Positions 42,173 to 55,970 of a DNA stretch of 64,000 bases are shown piece by piece (within the stretch, counting starts at the first letter, position 1; each line of letters opens with the position of its first letter). Source of the stretch: Lama guanicoe (lineage: Eukaryota). The stretch spans positions 3,873,922-3,937,921 of the forward strand of contig MU054212.1 of the NCBI GenBank assembly GCA_013239625.1, read 5' to 3'. A program made the translations under genes and the position numbers. The notes beneath the pieces were generated by a model that did not search any database, was not told where the DNA came from, and saw only the letters and a list, made by a program, of their open reading frames with translations.

Positions 42173-44289
42173 TTAAGTGTTATGTATTATTGATGAGACG
42201 AATTAATACCAAGAAATGATTTTTCCTTTAAATAAATGTTCTCCATTCTTGTCACACCCTTTGTAGTTACAACTGAGAAAGAGCGGTGTTCTAGGAAGGC
42301 AATCGTCCCCATAAAAACAGGAAACTATGAAAACTGTAGCTGGTATATTTGAAACACCAAATTGCTAATAAGCACTTTTTAGTAGCAGCTGATGTGCTTT
42401 TGTATTTCACTAATACAGTTTATTGGTTTTTATTTTTGAGTACACATATAAAGGAAACAAAATTGTAGACATTATATTTAGAATAATTGATTTTTTTCCT
42501 GTTTATTCATTGATAAGCTTTTCTGCTTTTATAAAATACCTGATAATATAGCATTGGAATTACTGGAATGCTGCGTTATTATTTTGCTTTAAGAGTATCC
42601 TAGGTTAGCGGTTCTTTGGCAGTTCCGTGATGAACCTGCCCCAGGTAACATCTGTGATGATCCCTCTGATACTACAGCCTTCCCTTTACAAAACGGCATT
42701 GTAGTTGGTGTGTCTACAGTGATGGCCTGGCGTTACACTTCCAAAGCATTTACACGTCTCAAGCTTTGATACAGTCTGGTGTATTTTTCATGTTGGAAAT
42801 AAGTAGACAAATCACATCACCTTCACATGCTATAAAATCATTCATTCATTCAACAATTACTTACTGAACACCTACCATGTGCCAGGCACTGTTACGAGCC
42901 CTAGAGACACAGTAATGAGCAAAACATGCCCTCCCACCCCCATACACACACACAATGTTTTTGAAAGAATTAAGGCGATGTTTACATTAATAGAACAAGT
43001 TATTACAGAAACGTTCGGTTTTAAAAGTATAATTTTAGCCTATTTCTGTTTGAAGGCTATGAAATGAATGGATTCTGTTTTCCATTAAAGAAGAAGAAGA
43101 AAACACAGAGTAAGCAGGGTGAGTAACTTCTGGCAGGAATCCAGTCCTGGCACAGGAATGGAAGGATGGAGCTCCTTCTTACCGGGGAGATAAGATATGG
43201 AAATCTGAAAAACAGGCTTGATTTGGACAAGCTGGTGGAGACTCCCCACGTCTAAAGGCACTTAAACAAGTTCTTCAGTGATGGATGGCACTAAGTTTCA
43301 TTACATCTCATTTCACTTCCAGCTTCATGATGTTTCCTTATGAAATAAACATCCCATGAGCGCCCTTCTTACGGTCCACATCTTTGAAGAGCATCATTTT
43401 CATCTCAAGTTAACAAAGCAGAGATAGAAGAAATGATTTCCCTGAGGTCAAAAGGTAGACAGGAGACCAGAAGGAGCTGGAGAGGCCAGGTTTCCGAGTG
43501 AATGATCTCAAGTGACAGGACCAACGGTGAGGAACCGCCTATGGCTGGCCTGCTCGTCTCCGTCTCGGCTTCTTGGAATTTTGAACAGAGATACAGAAAC
43601 ACGGGGACCCGCTGACAGTGTGTTAATTTTCAGCTGAACCCTGGAGGGGAAAATTCCACAAACGGCTCCATTTCTTGGTTGTTAACCTCTTACTTCATCT
43701 CTGGGAGACTTTCTTGGCATTCTTCCAACAAACAGTCCCCTTGGCTTAAGTTGGTTTCTGTTACTTGTAACCAAAAGAACATTGATGTTAATGTCCCTTT
43801 CCTCTGGTCCATTTTGTATGCTTCATTTGAATTCATTTCATTTTCTTCTAATTACCCCACGAAAGACTTTCACTGTTTTCTACTGCCAGTAAGATTAAAT
43901 CAAATCTGCCAACATTCCAATATTCTCAGTATGGCTCTCTTACAAGCTCTCAAATCTAGGTCTAAGTGCACACATCGCCTGTCACCATTTCCATCCCTTG
44001 CTTCCTGTTCTCCCTAAAACACTCCTACAAATAATAATGGAAAAGACAGTGGACATTATTTTAATGATATATGTTTGGCTTCAATGCTGGACCTGCCAAT
44101 GATTAGATGTGGAAGCTTGCACAGAGTTTCCTACATCTCTAAAACCTAGCTACCCTTTAATAAAGTGAAGATAATAATATCATGTTCCTAGAGTTATACT
44201 GAAGATGAAAAAGAATACATATTTTTTAGATATAGCTAGCACAGGGCCTAACATAGAACACTTTCCACAAATGAAAACCATTATAATTT

Positions 44290-45250
44290 CATTATGACTT
44301 AAATCTAAGTCTTTAACCCAAACCATTCCTTGAGATTCAGAACCACAGATTTCAGTGCCTGTATGAACTTTCATGTAGACAGACCTCAGATTTCAAATGC
44401 AATCTGTCCAACAGGAAAATTAACACCTGCATTCCTTTCAACCTGGGTTCTCCTATATCTCTTGCTTGGAAGACTGAATGATACTGCCACCCACCAGTCA
44501 CTCAGCCACAAGTATGATAATCCTAAGCTCCTTCCTCATCCAACTGGTCTCCCACCCTGGCAACTTTACCGCCTTAACATCTCTTGAATCCGTCCTCTCC
44601 ACTTCTCCAGGCACGCAAATCTTCTGCACCAATCATCAGGCCTCTGACAATCTTCCTAACTGATATAGCCTGCCTTTGTAGCACTCACCAAACTTACCCT
44701 CCCAATAGTTAATGAAGAAGTCGTTCTAAAACTCAAAGCTGATCAAGTTTAAATCTATTAATAGCTCTCCATTGATTAGATAGTAAAGATGTACTCTCTG
44801 GACTGTTACACCTGACCTTGACAATGGGGCCCCGGCTAAAAGTTAATGCTTTCATTCTCTCATCTTGCCTTGTCAGTGAACTCTGCTCCAGTCACATCTA
44901 CTTGCTCAGTTTCCGCACCACATCAGACTGCTCCTGCTGGTCCATCTGCAGGAATGTCCTTACTTCAGCACCCTGGCCAGTAGCCATGCATCTTTCCAGG
45001 GTCACTTTCTTTGTGAAGCCCCAGCAAATCAGCCAGCCCTCTCTGGTGTCTGTGTTCCAGCTGCAACCAGTTGTGACTGCAGCCTGAAATACTTCGATCA
45101 TAGCACTCATACTTGCGCTGAACATGCTTGTGGACCTATTTTCCCAAGCTGAAGGGCAAAGCTGTGCCTTATTCCTTTAGGGTCACTGTTGATCAGCCCA
45201 GGCTTGGCACGTAACAGGCACTTCCTGTGTGCTGGCCAAGTGAATGAAGG
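44290..45250 (+). mobile_element. Decayed L2 LINE, approximate bounds
   Basis: Pyrimidine-rich L2-like body ending in cttggcacgtaacaggcact...gtgaatgaa. Confidence 0.55.
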
Positions 45251-47172
45251 TAACAAAGAGGCAGCAAAGGGAATTTAGAATTTGAATTTCAAAATGAAAA
45301 GCAAAGATCGAAGTATGGTTTGGAGTCTGCAGACATCCAGCATCTCTTAGGACCCACAACAATACAGAATATGGTAACTGTTCGTAATTATGATTTCTAC
45401 TAATGAAGCAAACATTCCATCACAGCTATCCAGAATGCCCTATTTAAGGTCATCAAGTGTGAGATTAAGCTGACACATTGTTCCAAAAGGCACTGAGTAA
45501 AGCGTGCATTTTTGTAGGATGGCTATGGCCCCTTAAATGATAATCTGAGAGACGTCAATGTTTTATAGTCTAAATAATTTAAATGTGGTGCATTACTGAG
45601 CAACTAGAGTACAGCTTACTAGTGTCTACTAACTTGTGATCATCCCTATATTACTAGGAAATTTGGACAACTTTAGCATAAATCTGCACATAACTTCCTT
45701 AATGTGCAATGAAAGTTTTAGGGAAAAAAAAAACTGGGAGATAAAAATGCTCTGGGAGAAAACTGTTTAATAGCTGATTAGAATAGAGAATTATTTCTTT
45801 AAAAAAAATGTTGATAGCCATGCTATAGTAAAATATTTAGAAAATATACCAAAGATGTGGTCAGAAACCAAAAAAAAAAAAATAATATTTTTTGACATAA
45901 AGTGATTCAGGTGGGAAGGAAAGTAAAGATAACTCATAATTTAGAAGAAAATCTTATATTACTGAATCAAATTATGCTGTAATGTAAGACTTAGTGCCGA
46001 GAAAAATGCTCTGCAAATATTTAGAATGCATCCTAGGTAACAGATCTTCTAAGAAATATTGCCACAGACCAGAATAAAATTGATATAATTTATCCACCAA
46101 TTTTCAACCTAGTCAATAAAAAACACTCAAGGAAATGAATGGACATTTTAATAGACTTCTAGATGTGCTACCCATTCTAACTTTAATAAACAGTTTTTTA
46201 AAAAAATTGTTTAGACTTTCCAATGAACTTCACTGGGAGCCAACATCATAATTTCGCATTTAAGATTTCACTTTTGGTTGAGCTGGAAAAATGGATGAAA
46301 GTAACAGGAGCCACGACTGATTAAGTGGAAGTAAAGTTTTCCTTTTAAAGCTGCCTTAAGGCAGGTACACAGATATTACCTTTGTGAAGTCTAGTGGAGG
46401 GTTGGAAAAAGAAGATGATGAATTTTCAGAAGCATGAATTTCTGGGACGTGCGAGAAACCAAATGATCATACGTGACAGGATTCCTAGGGGGATCCCTTT
46501 ACACTTCAGATCTTCTGTGGCCTGTGATCCGCCACGCTCCAGGCAGTTCACAAACAAATTACCATCCCTTCCAGAGGAAGTGGACTCTCAGCTGTAGGAG
46601 AGGCAACTGAGTTACCAGAAAAGCACTAAGAGATTTAAATACCTAGAAGCTTGCTAGAAGCCAAGAAGAAATGAGATACTGATCAGAGTTGAATATCTAT
46701 CTTAGAAAGCCTTGGCCCTCTGTATGCATTGCTGAGTAAGAAAACATGTCAAAATACTCTTCATTTTACATCCCAAGATGTTTTAAGACCAGAGGGTAAA
46801 ATTGGCCTGCCAGGCACTCAGCCAATAGGTTGCAATACTTATGATTACTCTTTTAAAAAAAACAACTTGCTTTCTAAAGCCACGCTAGACTTCAGTTCCA
46901 TCAGTATCAGGAGAGGAAAAAATCAAGCTTTCACCTGATTGTTTACGTTCTCATTGTAAAAGATTTCAGACTAAGGAAATGGATCATTTCTATGTGAAGA
47001 ATAAGGCCTTGGTGAATTTGAAATGTGATATATTTTTACCTTTATTTAGTGTTGAATGCTATAAAATAAAAGAGGAGGGTGAGCTGAAATACAATGTCCC
47101 ATTACATTTTTGCTCCACCTCTGTGCTTCTCACTTGACATTACGGACAAAGATTTTATCATGTTAAACGTAT

Positions 47173-47295
47173 GGGGGGGGAGGGTATAGCTCAAGTGGTA
47201 GAGTGCATACTTAGCATGACATGAGGTCCTGGGTTCAATCCCCAGTGCCTCTGTTAAGGGAATAATAAAAATGATTAATAAATAAACAATAAAAA
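47173..47295 (+). mobile_element. tRNA-Ala-derived SINE (Vic-1-like) with 16-bp TSD
   Basis: GGGGAGGGTATAGCTCAAGTGG...GGTTCAATCCCCAG. TSD atcatgttaaacgtat (47157-47172) / atcatgttaaatgtat (47296-47311). Confidence 0.92.
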
Positions 47296-48689
47296 ATCAT
47301 GTTAAATGTATACATAGAAATAACCCCGCCAAAGCGTGCGTCTCACCGTGATAACTGATTCAGGCTATTATAAAGAATAACTGGATTTGACACGTAATGT
47401 GGGTCCGATGCCCCCAAAGCATGCAAAGTGGGCACCTGGAGATGGACATTAAAGTGTCCTTGGCAATTCTTCAAGACCACAGTGTTATTCATGATGCTGT
47501 TTCCCAGCCTACGTGGAGGGGTTTCTTTTGAATAAATCTGAAGCCCCACACCCAGGGACGTGAATTTGAATGGGAGCACAGGATGCCGAGCCCCTCTCTC
47601 TAAACGCAGGAGTCTCTCCACTGCACAAGAGGCAAACCCCGCCAGCAAAAACAACAAACTAAATTTCTGTTGAAACAGAAACGGCAGAGCGTGAAATAGC
47701 AGCCTGCCGTTAGACATGGGGAGTCTGATTTTCATCAAGGGCAGCTGAAACAGCCCTCTCCTCCCACTTCTGCACGGTAAAGAAGGAAACAGACAATACC
47801 ATCTGCACGCAAGCAGGAAGACGAACCTCGGCAGCTCACGTGCTCACTCCGGCACGAAACCCTCAGCAGCCTGCAACGCCCGTTTAGGCTCCATTCCTCT
47901 CCCTGATCCCATCGGGTGCTCCTAGTTACTGTACGTTCAGAGGGATGCACAGTCCTTTTTTAAAAGATTCTGCTGGTGTCACATCATATATTGGAAAAGT
48001 TTCCAACCAAAGGGCTTCTGATTGATTTGTCTGGGGTCATGTGGAGGTAAAGGGAGAAGGCTGAAAGAAGCAGCACTTGAAAGCGGTGAGTGGCAAACCC
48101 AAGCAGCAAGGTGAGTGCACTGTAAAAGTCCCTTCGGTGATGACTACACAGACACGTGGCGTGGGCATGCAGGATCTGTGCCAAAGCAACGGCCGCCGGT
48201 TGCTCTATAGCTATTTCCAATTCACCTGCTGCAATGCTAAACACGCTCCTGAAACTCTGCCTTCCGGGAGAGAGGAGACTGTTCACACAGGGCTGAAATG
48301 CACAGTACAAATATATGCTGTGGGAGAACTGGAGGGGAAGTTAGGTGGAATTGAGCAGATGGATAAAACAGGTAGATTACCTCCTCAGCTAGACGAGATC
48401 ATTAATGATACCAGAGAAGGACCGACGTGCTTTAATATGGATACATTTGTGCATCAGGCATGGTGTACTGACCACAAGGATGCTGAGGGACTAGATTAAT
48501 TCATTACTGAGTTATATCCATGACCAGGCCACATGTGCATTTAATGTCAAAAAGTATACAACCAGTAGCAAAAAAGGTTCTCAGCCATATCCTGCAGACC
48601 TCTTCACTGCTTTCAGAACTTTCAATATGATTAACCAGATGCAATTAATAATCACGATGATGATAATCATTTTAATAGTTTGAATTATT

Positions 48690-49060
48690 ACCCAGGAAAT
48701 AGTCACTAGCGCCTTCCCCTGCGATGGGCAGAGCCTTCCATTGATGTCTGGCCACTGGGATGCTAGTGGATGTGACACAGGCCAGTGCTTGAAACGCGCT
48801 TACACCACGGGGCTTGCCTTCTTGGAGGATGCCATTGCCATGCAAAGGAATGAGATCTGGCTGCCCGCTGAGCTAAGGAGGACAAAGGAAACGGGGAACA
48901 GATACAAACTCAGTCCGCAGCTTGTATCCAAGGCCAGTCTGGATCAGCGGAGCCCTACCCAGCCCACAAATGCACGAGCAGGAGTCACGACTGCTGCGTC
49001 AGCCGCTGAGTTTTGGAGAGGTTTGTTACGCAGCTTTATGTTGGCAATAGCTCATGGACA
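48690..49060 (+). mobile_element. MLT1-family LTR fragment
   Basis: Characteristic 3' end gccgctgagttttggagaggtttgttacgcagc...gcaatagctcatggaca. Confidence 0.65.
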
Positions 49061-52000
49061 TTCAGCATTAATAATGATATGATTAATGTATTATCATGAA
49101 GAGTGCCTCCAGGTTAAATAAATGGTACATGGTGAAATGAACACACAAGAGATTTCATCATTGCTGACAGAATACAGCAGAGCTAAAAGCCGCGGTCGAA
49201 CTGGACGCTCTCAGTGTCACCCCTTCCAGCCCTTCTGCACTCGCGGAGGCAGCTGGCTGCCGTTTACTCAGGACCACGCCTCAGCCTCAGGGTCTCAGGC
49301 CCTAAAGCGGCCACTGCCTGTTTATTTGATTCTTAAAACAGTTCCTGTGACGTAGCTGCGTCTCCCATACTGAGAAGGGAATCAAGACTCACAGAGGTTA
49401 GGTAACTCGGGCCACAGCGCGAACACGCAGCGGGTCTCGATCTCAAGCAGGTGCTTCCTGAACACTTAGGGTATTTCAGCAAAGCTGTTTTTCTATTTAA
49501 AAATGTTTAGAGGAGGAAGAAGCCGACTCCACAGTGGAGCTATAATGTCTTTCTCGCTTTTGTTGCTCTGTAGGGGCTCATCTGGCACTGAAACAGCCCT
49601 CCCAGCCCCACCCCCAGATGGTCCACTTGACAAGGAGAGGCCCCTGGGGACGCCTGAGCGCGCTCTTCTTCCAAAGGAGAAGTCTAGCCTAGAAAACTCC
49701 TAAGATAGCCGTGAGTTTTAGCTCAAGAGGATCCTTAAGTTTACTTCTTTTCATCTATGAACATTAAGTTAGTTCAGTCTTGGTAGGAGCAACTGCAAGG
49801 AAAAATAATTACGATTTTTTTTTCCTTCTTAAACCTACATCTCCCTAACCAGGTGTATTCCTAATTAATCCACATTAAAAACTGAAAACAATTCTTTGAA
49901 ACAATTGTCCTTTCCCAATTCTACATCTTATGCGTATTATTTAAAAAAAATAGGTCACTATGAACATTTTTCCATGAATGCTTTTCTGGAGGTAGCTTTT
50001 AAGAGATTCTGATGCAGAGATTAAGTCCTCCTAAGAATTATACTAAATTATCATTAATATTTCTGTTGCTCATATAAGCTTTTTATCAGACAGATTTCCT
50101 AATCTGCTGGGGTAGTCAGGCTACCTCTATTTGACAGAAGTGCAAATTAAAATATAGCTAACATGACCCTGGGCAAAGATCTTTCAAAACTTTGAGCTGT
50201 GGTAAAACTAGATGCTATGTTAGGGGTAACAATGACCTTGGGAAAATACCAAATGCACTAAAAATAGCTCCTGCATAATTAATAGTATGACATTATCTCT
50301 ACAGTCAGCAATATCAGGCCTGCAACTAAAAATGTCTGCTCATCCTGAGAAATGAAGTTAGATCTTAAGTATAAGCCACTGAGGATGTACAGTCAAACAT
50401 TGTGTCTTCGTATCACCTGAAATAATTCTCTGATTAGACCAGCAACTATATATATAATGAGATTTATTATTCCATCTGTAATGGCTGTCTTCATTTTATC
50501 GATATTTCTGTATACTTATGTAAAATATGGACACATGGCCAGGGTCAAATCACAAAACACCCCCTCTAGATAAACAGTAGCACTGTTGCTTGAAGCACAC
50601 TTTCCTGGTCAGCGCCATTTTCACTTAACATTTTATCCAAGAGATCTCCCCACTGCAGTTTATAGAGAGCCCTCACTCCTTTTTACAGCCTCATAGTCCT
50701 TCCTCAGAGTGAAGTACTGCAGTCTTTCCCACCAGTCCCCAACTCAGTCATTTGGTTTGTTCCTGTCTTTAAATTTTACAAACAGCTGCAATGAGCCGCC
50801 TTGCCTTTTGCGATAAACTTGTGAGATGTGTAGTATTTTTTCCCACTCATTTATCTCTTTTGCTTTAAAACTTTAAAAAGTGGCTAACATTGTTTCAGAA
50901 GGAAGGGAGTAGAATGCGACAGGGTAGATTCCTGGCAACTCTGAATGCACCTGTGTAAAAGGATCTATCGATGTTTCCAACAGAAACTATACAGCACTCA
51001 ACTAACCGACTGCAATTTATCTAATACATTCAACTTGAGTTAATAATAGAGCCTCAGTTTTGTGTGCCTTCATTATTTTTATAGCATACTTTTAAGGAAA
51101 GCTGTTATAATTCCTAGGTTTTTAAAAAAAATCATAAAACTATTTTTAAAACAGCCCCTGATACTGTAAATCAAGTGATTCACACCATGCAGCTGAGTGA
51201 CGTAAGTCGGCACCATGTTAACATGGAACCAGGCGGCTGCGTGTACAAAAACTTTCCGAATTTTAATGGTATAACGCTAAGAAAGCATGAAGTGAAACAT
51301 CACAAATTGTGAAAGGTATGTTTCATAAAAGCCTCACAGGCTTCCAAATTGTTAAGGCTATATTATAATCTCATAAAAAAAATAAGCAGTGCTTTAAAAA
51401 GCAGCTACTCCTCTTAAGTCAGACATTTTTATGGTGATTTAAAAAAAAAAGCATATAGCTTTGTAAAATTCTATTTATTTCATGAAAAAGTACTTGGAGC
51501 AAAATCACACTTCCCAATTATTATCAGGCGACAGTCACGTTTACACCACTTTTCTTGCATTTTGAATCTCAATCATTTTACTGCTCATTCTCATTACTAC
51601 AATCACACAGTCACTATTTGGTGTTAAAATAAAAAAGTGGGCAAGGAAGCCAGGGGCCAGCAACTAGGGAGGAAGACCATGGACTAAGGACAAGTAGGGA
51701 GGAACAGCCCATTGTTTGCGGGGGATGGGAGGAGAAGCAGTCTTTCTCCGGGGGAAGAAGGAGAACTGGGGACTTCCAGCAAGTTCTTTATGGGCACACT
51801 GTACACCCACCACTCCAGCAGATTCCTCTCACCCACTGTACGGAGCAGGAAAGCACCATTAGCACATCCTAACAAAAACTTGGCACAAGGGTTCCTCTCT
51901 CATCTACATGCAAAACTAAAACGTCAGTAGGAGGTCTATAGCTTCAGGAAGCCATCAAGTGACGCCTGAACCCAGTAATGATCTGCAGCAGGGCGTCTAC

Positions 52001-52640
52001 TGAGGCAAATTCACTTGGCTGGGACAGATCTAACAGCGGAACTGTGTACATGGAAAACTTCACACCATTTAAGCTACGTCTCCCTGGGATTTGTAGACAA
52101 AAGTATCCTCTTTCATGCTTCAAAAAGCATTAACAGGCTTTTCTACATTTTCTTCCTCAAGAAGCTTCATATTATTATCGGTAACCATCTATTTTCCACC
52201 GTCTTCAAAACCCGCTAGCAGTGCAGCATGCTGCCTACAACCAGCCCCAATTTATTCTATCAGTAAGATTGACTTAGGCAAAGGAAAAAGTAATATAATA
52301 TTTATTGTCTGCCTGTGAGACGTTAACAGCCAAAACAAGTTTAAATAGATGCTGTCCTTCATTTATTTCTCCCGACGTGTCTGGATGAGAAACATCTGGA
52401 AATCTCGGAAAACTATGAATTCCTCAAAGTGGGAAGGGACGAGGAGAGGAAGATTTTTCTCTCTCCTGTCTCAAAAGGAACCCCACTTCTGAATCTGGTA
52501 TTTGTATGGAAGGGACCCTTGGGAATCAGAAGTGTTTTCTCCCGTCCTTTTACTTTCGCTGGTTTCCTAAACTAGTCATTGTTCCATAAAGTACCAGCCT
52601 GAGCTTATGGGGACACAGAATGTGTGGTGCAGAAGTAATA

Positions 52641-52681
52641 GGAAGGAAGGAAGGGAGGGAGGGAGGGAGGAAGGAAGGAAG
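52641..52681 (+). repeat. (GGAA)n/(GGGA)n polypurine microsatellite
   Basis: ggaaggaaggaagggagggagggagggaggaaggaaggaag read directly. Confidence 0.9.
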
Positions 52682-52719
52682 AAAAAGACATATAGAGACT
52701 AAAACAGAAAAACAGGGAT

Positions 52720-52866
52720 GGGGAGAATATAGCTCAAACACTAGAACACACGCTTAGCATGCAGGGTCCTGGGTTCAATCCCCAGTACCTCCTCTAAGAA
52801 TAAATAAACAAACAAACAAACAAACTTAATTACCTCTCCCCTCAAAATAAAATAAATTAAAAAAAA
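52720..52866 (+). mobile_element. tRNA-Ala-derived SINE (Vic-1-like), long form
   Basis: GGGGAGAATATAGCTCA...GGTTCAATCCCCAGTACCTCC, (AAAC)n, TAATTACCTC tail. TSD agaaaaacagg at 52706-52716 and 52867-52877. Confidence 0.9.
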
Positions 52867-55514
52867 AGAAAAACAGGATGAATGTAACTGGCTACCTCCC
52901 CCAGTTCTGAACTGCCTGAAGAGATCTCAGAAGAAAGAGACCTAAATCTCTCAAGGCTCCAGTAATTTGGGTGATTTAATTTTCTCATTTTAACTAAGTA
53001 TTGATTTTATTTTCTATTTTGTACTTTTGTTAAACAGGGTCTCCGTTTTCTGAATAATTCTGGTTTGGTAACCAGATTCATTTAGTTTTCCCCCTTAGTG
53101 TCTTCAAACCATGTATCAGAAATGTTTTCAGATGACAACCTGGTTTCTCCACTGCTCGGAGGACACTCTGGAATTACTCCCAACAAATCCCATCACTCGG
53201 GGCCTGAAAAAGCAAGGGGCCTTGAACTTCCAGCTTCCTTAGCCAGGTGATAAGCCTTCTCTGCTGCTTCCTACTCCCTCGGCTTGTCCTGTCCAAGAAC
53301 CATGAATTTTCAGATCCCTTCCCTCCCTGCAGCTGCCTAACGTCATCAGATTTCTTATCCCCAAGAATGTCATCAATGCATTGTACTAGTTCCAGTGTTA
53401 TGCTCAGTGGTACTAAAAAAGCTGTAAATTACAGTGAGCACCCTCCTCCCCATTGGTAGCTTACTTCAACACTTCTCAGCCCCTCTTATAAAGGGAGCTC
53501 TTGGGAGTGGAGCCAGGAACTCAGTCACGGAGCAGTTTATCCCCTGTTGACACTTCACTGTTTAGAAAGATGATAAGATCTAAGTCAAGATCTAACCGGG
53601 GGTCCCAACACTGTTAAGTGTCACAACTGGTCATCTACATAACGTAATGCCCATATATTAGGATGCAGGTTGTCAGTTGACTAAGGAGTACCCAACGCTT
53701 TAATTACATAATATGTGCTACCCAAAGAGGCTCTTGAGTTATTTGTTAAGAAGAAACCATCCCAGAGCAAATGTAATAGAGAAATCTTCTGAAAGGACTG
53801 CTATTTTCAACTATTAGGCGCTTCCATCTCCTAATATGGAAGAGGCATTACTGTTCCACATTCTCAGACACTGGCTCAAGTGCTAAGAATGCTGGCTACA
53901 CTGATAATCCAGTCATTGTCAACCTCCAAGGAAACCCATGGTCATCTGCTATAGAATTGGTTTCTTGTTTTCCTAGAGCGCTGACATTATAAAAGATATT
54001 ACGTCAACCTCTTTTCCGTCATAGTCATCATCATCATAATCATCATTCGGTCCAACTCAGCATCTCAGTACAGGAAGACCTCAGTAGTCTCCTGGGCAAT
54101 GAGGTGATTGATGACTCAGAAAAGCAGAAGAAACACCAGCATTTATTTCTTATGGGCATCGCCAGACTTGAACACTAGGAGTTTGAAGAAGATCACAAAA
54201 ATTAAATTTCACCGTCCCTAGGCTTTGATGATTATTCACTCAGACACATACCAAGTCTGAGGGAGAAGGTATTCTAGTTAAAGTGGGAGTGGGAGGGGCT
54301 AGGGTTCCAGCCACATTCCCCCCACTCTCCCTTATTCGTTCATCAACTATTTGAGAGCCTGCTAAGTTTCAAGATGTGCACTTAACACCACAACTCTCTA
54401 TGATAACCATCTGAAAAGTATTTAATCACTGCCCTTAAAAGAATTACTCTTAAATTCAAAATATTTATCTGAAAAGCTGTAACTCAGCTGGCTTGAACTG
54501 GACAGCCTATTTCAACTGCACACAGGAAAAGGAGAAGGCTTAGCCAAAGCAGATGCTTACTAAATATAAAACAATTTTATCTTCAACACTAGTTACAGAT
54601 GAACTTCAAAAATGCAGATCTTTTGTAAAGAGAAACACTGATGTTATGTTATTAAAGTAAAACGGGTCCCTAATCAGAATATTTTTAGATTTGAAGGTTG
54701 CCCCCTTTAGAGCAAGAGTTCGAACAAAGGCTCTTATGTTTAATGCATCAACATTTTTCAGAATAATTCTTGACAGCAATGCATGCAATTGTATTGACAA
54801 CCTCTTTTTCCAAACAGGCCCCTTTCACTTTTCAAAAGCAAAACTCTCCTTTTCTTTCCGCCTATCAAACAGACAAGCATGTAATTAAAGCCATTTTACT
54901 AATTCTCTTTTTAGTTTAGGTGCCACTGCAAGGCTGGTACTACTCTACTGTTTGAATAATGATTTCTATTATAGTCAAGTTGAATCTGAATGGTACAAAG
55001 GATAAGTTTTACCACTGGATCAGACAGAAAAAATTTTTATCTGCAAGTTACGAAAATGTTTATTGTCAGAATCTGAAATCCACAATATGAGCCCACGGCA
55101 TTCAGAAGACGGCTCAACTCCTGCAGCATTTATACACCTGCTCCTCCAAAATGAATGAACTGGCAGAGCCCACAAAACATAAAAAAAATGAAGTAAATTT
55201 CAAGCAACACTTGAAATAATAGCCCTAAAAGAAAAACATTATAGAAATTTAGTTTTCCACTTGGATCTTTCTCCTCCTAAACAAACAAACCTACAAAAAC
55301 CAAACCTCATAAACTGGAGGAGAAACAAACTCTGTAAATGTACTAACAAACACGTTGCACGAATTTATATACTTTCTGTTAATGGTAATAATCAGAAATT
55401 TATTTTAAAAACTCACAGAATCTGTAAGCAAATATTTGGTTAAACTCGTATCGAATAGGCAATACATATATTTTTGTGTATGTGTTTTTGGTTTTGTTTC
55501 TAGTGACACTGACT

Positions 55515-55970
55515 GATTTTTTAATACCTTTAGTAAGATATAATTCACCAATTATACAATCCACCCATTTAAAGCATACAGTTCAATGGCTTTTAGTATA
55601 TACACAGTGTTGTACATCCATTACCACAATCGATTTCAGAACTTTTTTTCAGCCAAAAAGAAACCCTGCACCTCTCAGCCATCACCTCCCGTATCACCCC
55701 CATTCCAGCTCCCTACCACCCAACCCTAGGCATCCACTGATTTACTTTCTGCCTCTATAGATTTACCTATTTTAGACATTTCATGTAAATGGAATATATG
55801 ATCCTTTGTGCCTGGCTTCTTTCACTTAGCATAACGTTCTCAAGATTTGCCCAGGCTGTAGAAAGTATCAGAACTTCACTTCTTTTTAAGGCTGAAAAGT
55901 ATTATTTTAGATGAATATTCCACATTTTCTGTATCCATTCATCAGTTGATGGACATCTGGTTTACTTCCA
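55515..55970 (-). mobile_element. L1MB-like LINE-1 3' end
   Basis: cccatttaaagcatacagttcaatggcttttagtatat...ctggcttctttcacttagcataa...tatccattcatcagttgatggacat. Confidence 0.85.

Noticed and set aside
48077..48499. Longest ORF in the track (140 aa, plus strand)
   Set aside because: Non-ATG start, no recognisable domain, antisense in an intron; this length is expected by chance in GC-richer sequence.
51213..51226. 14-bp palindrome CCATGTTAACATGG
   Set aside because: About four palindromes of this length are expected by chance in 64 kb.
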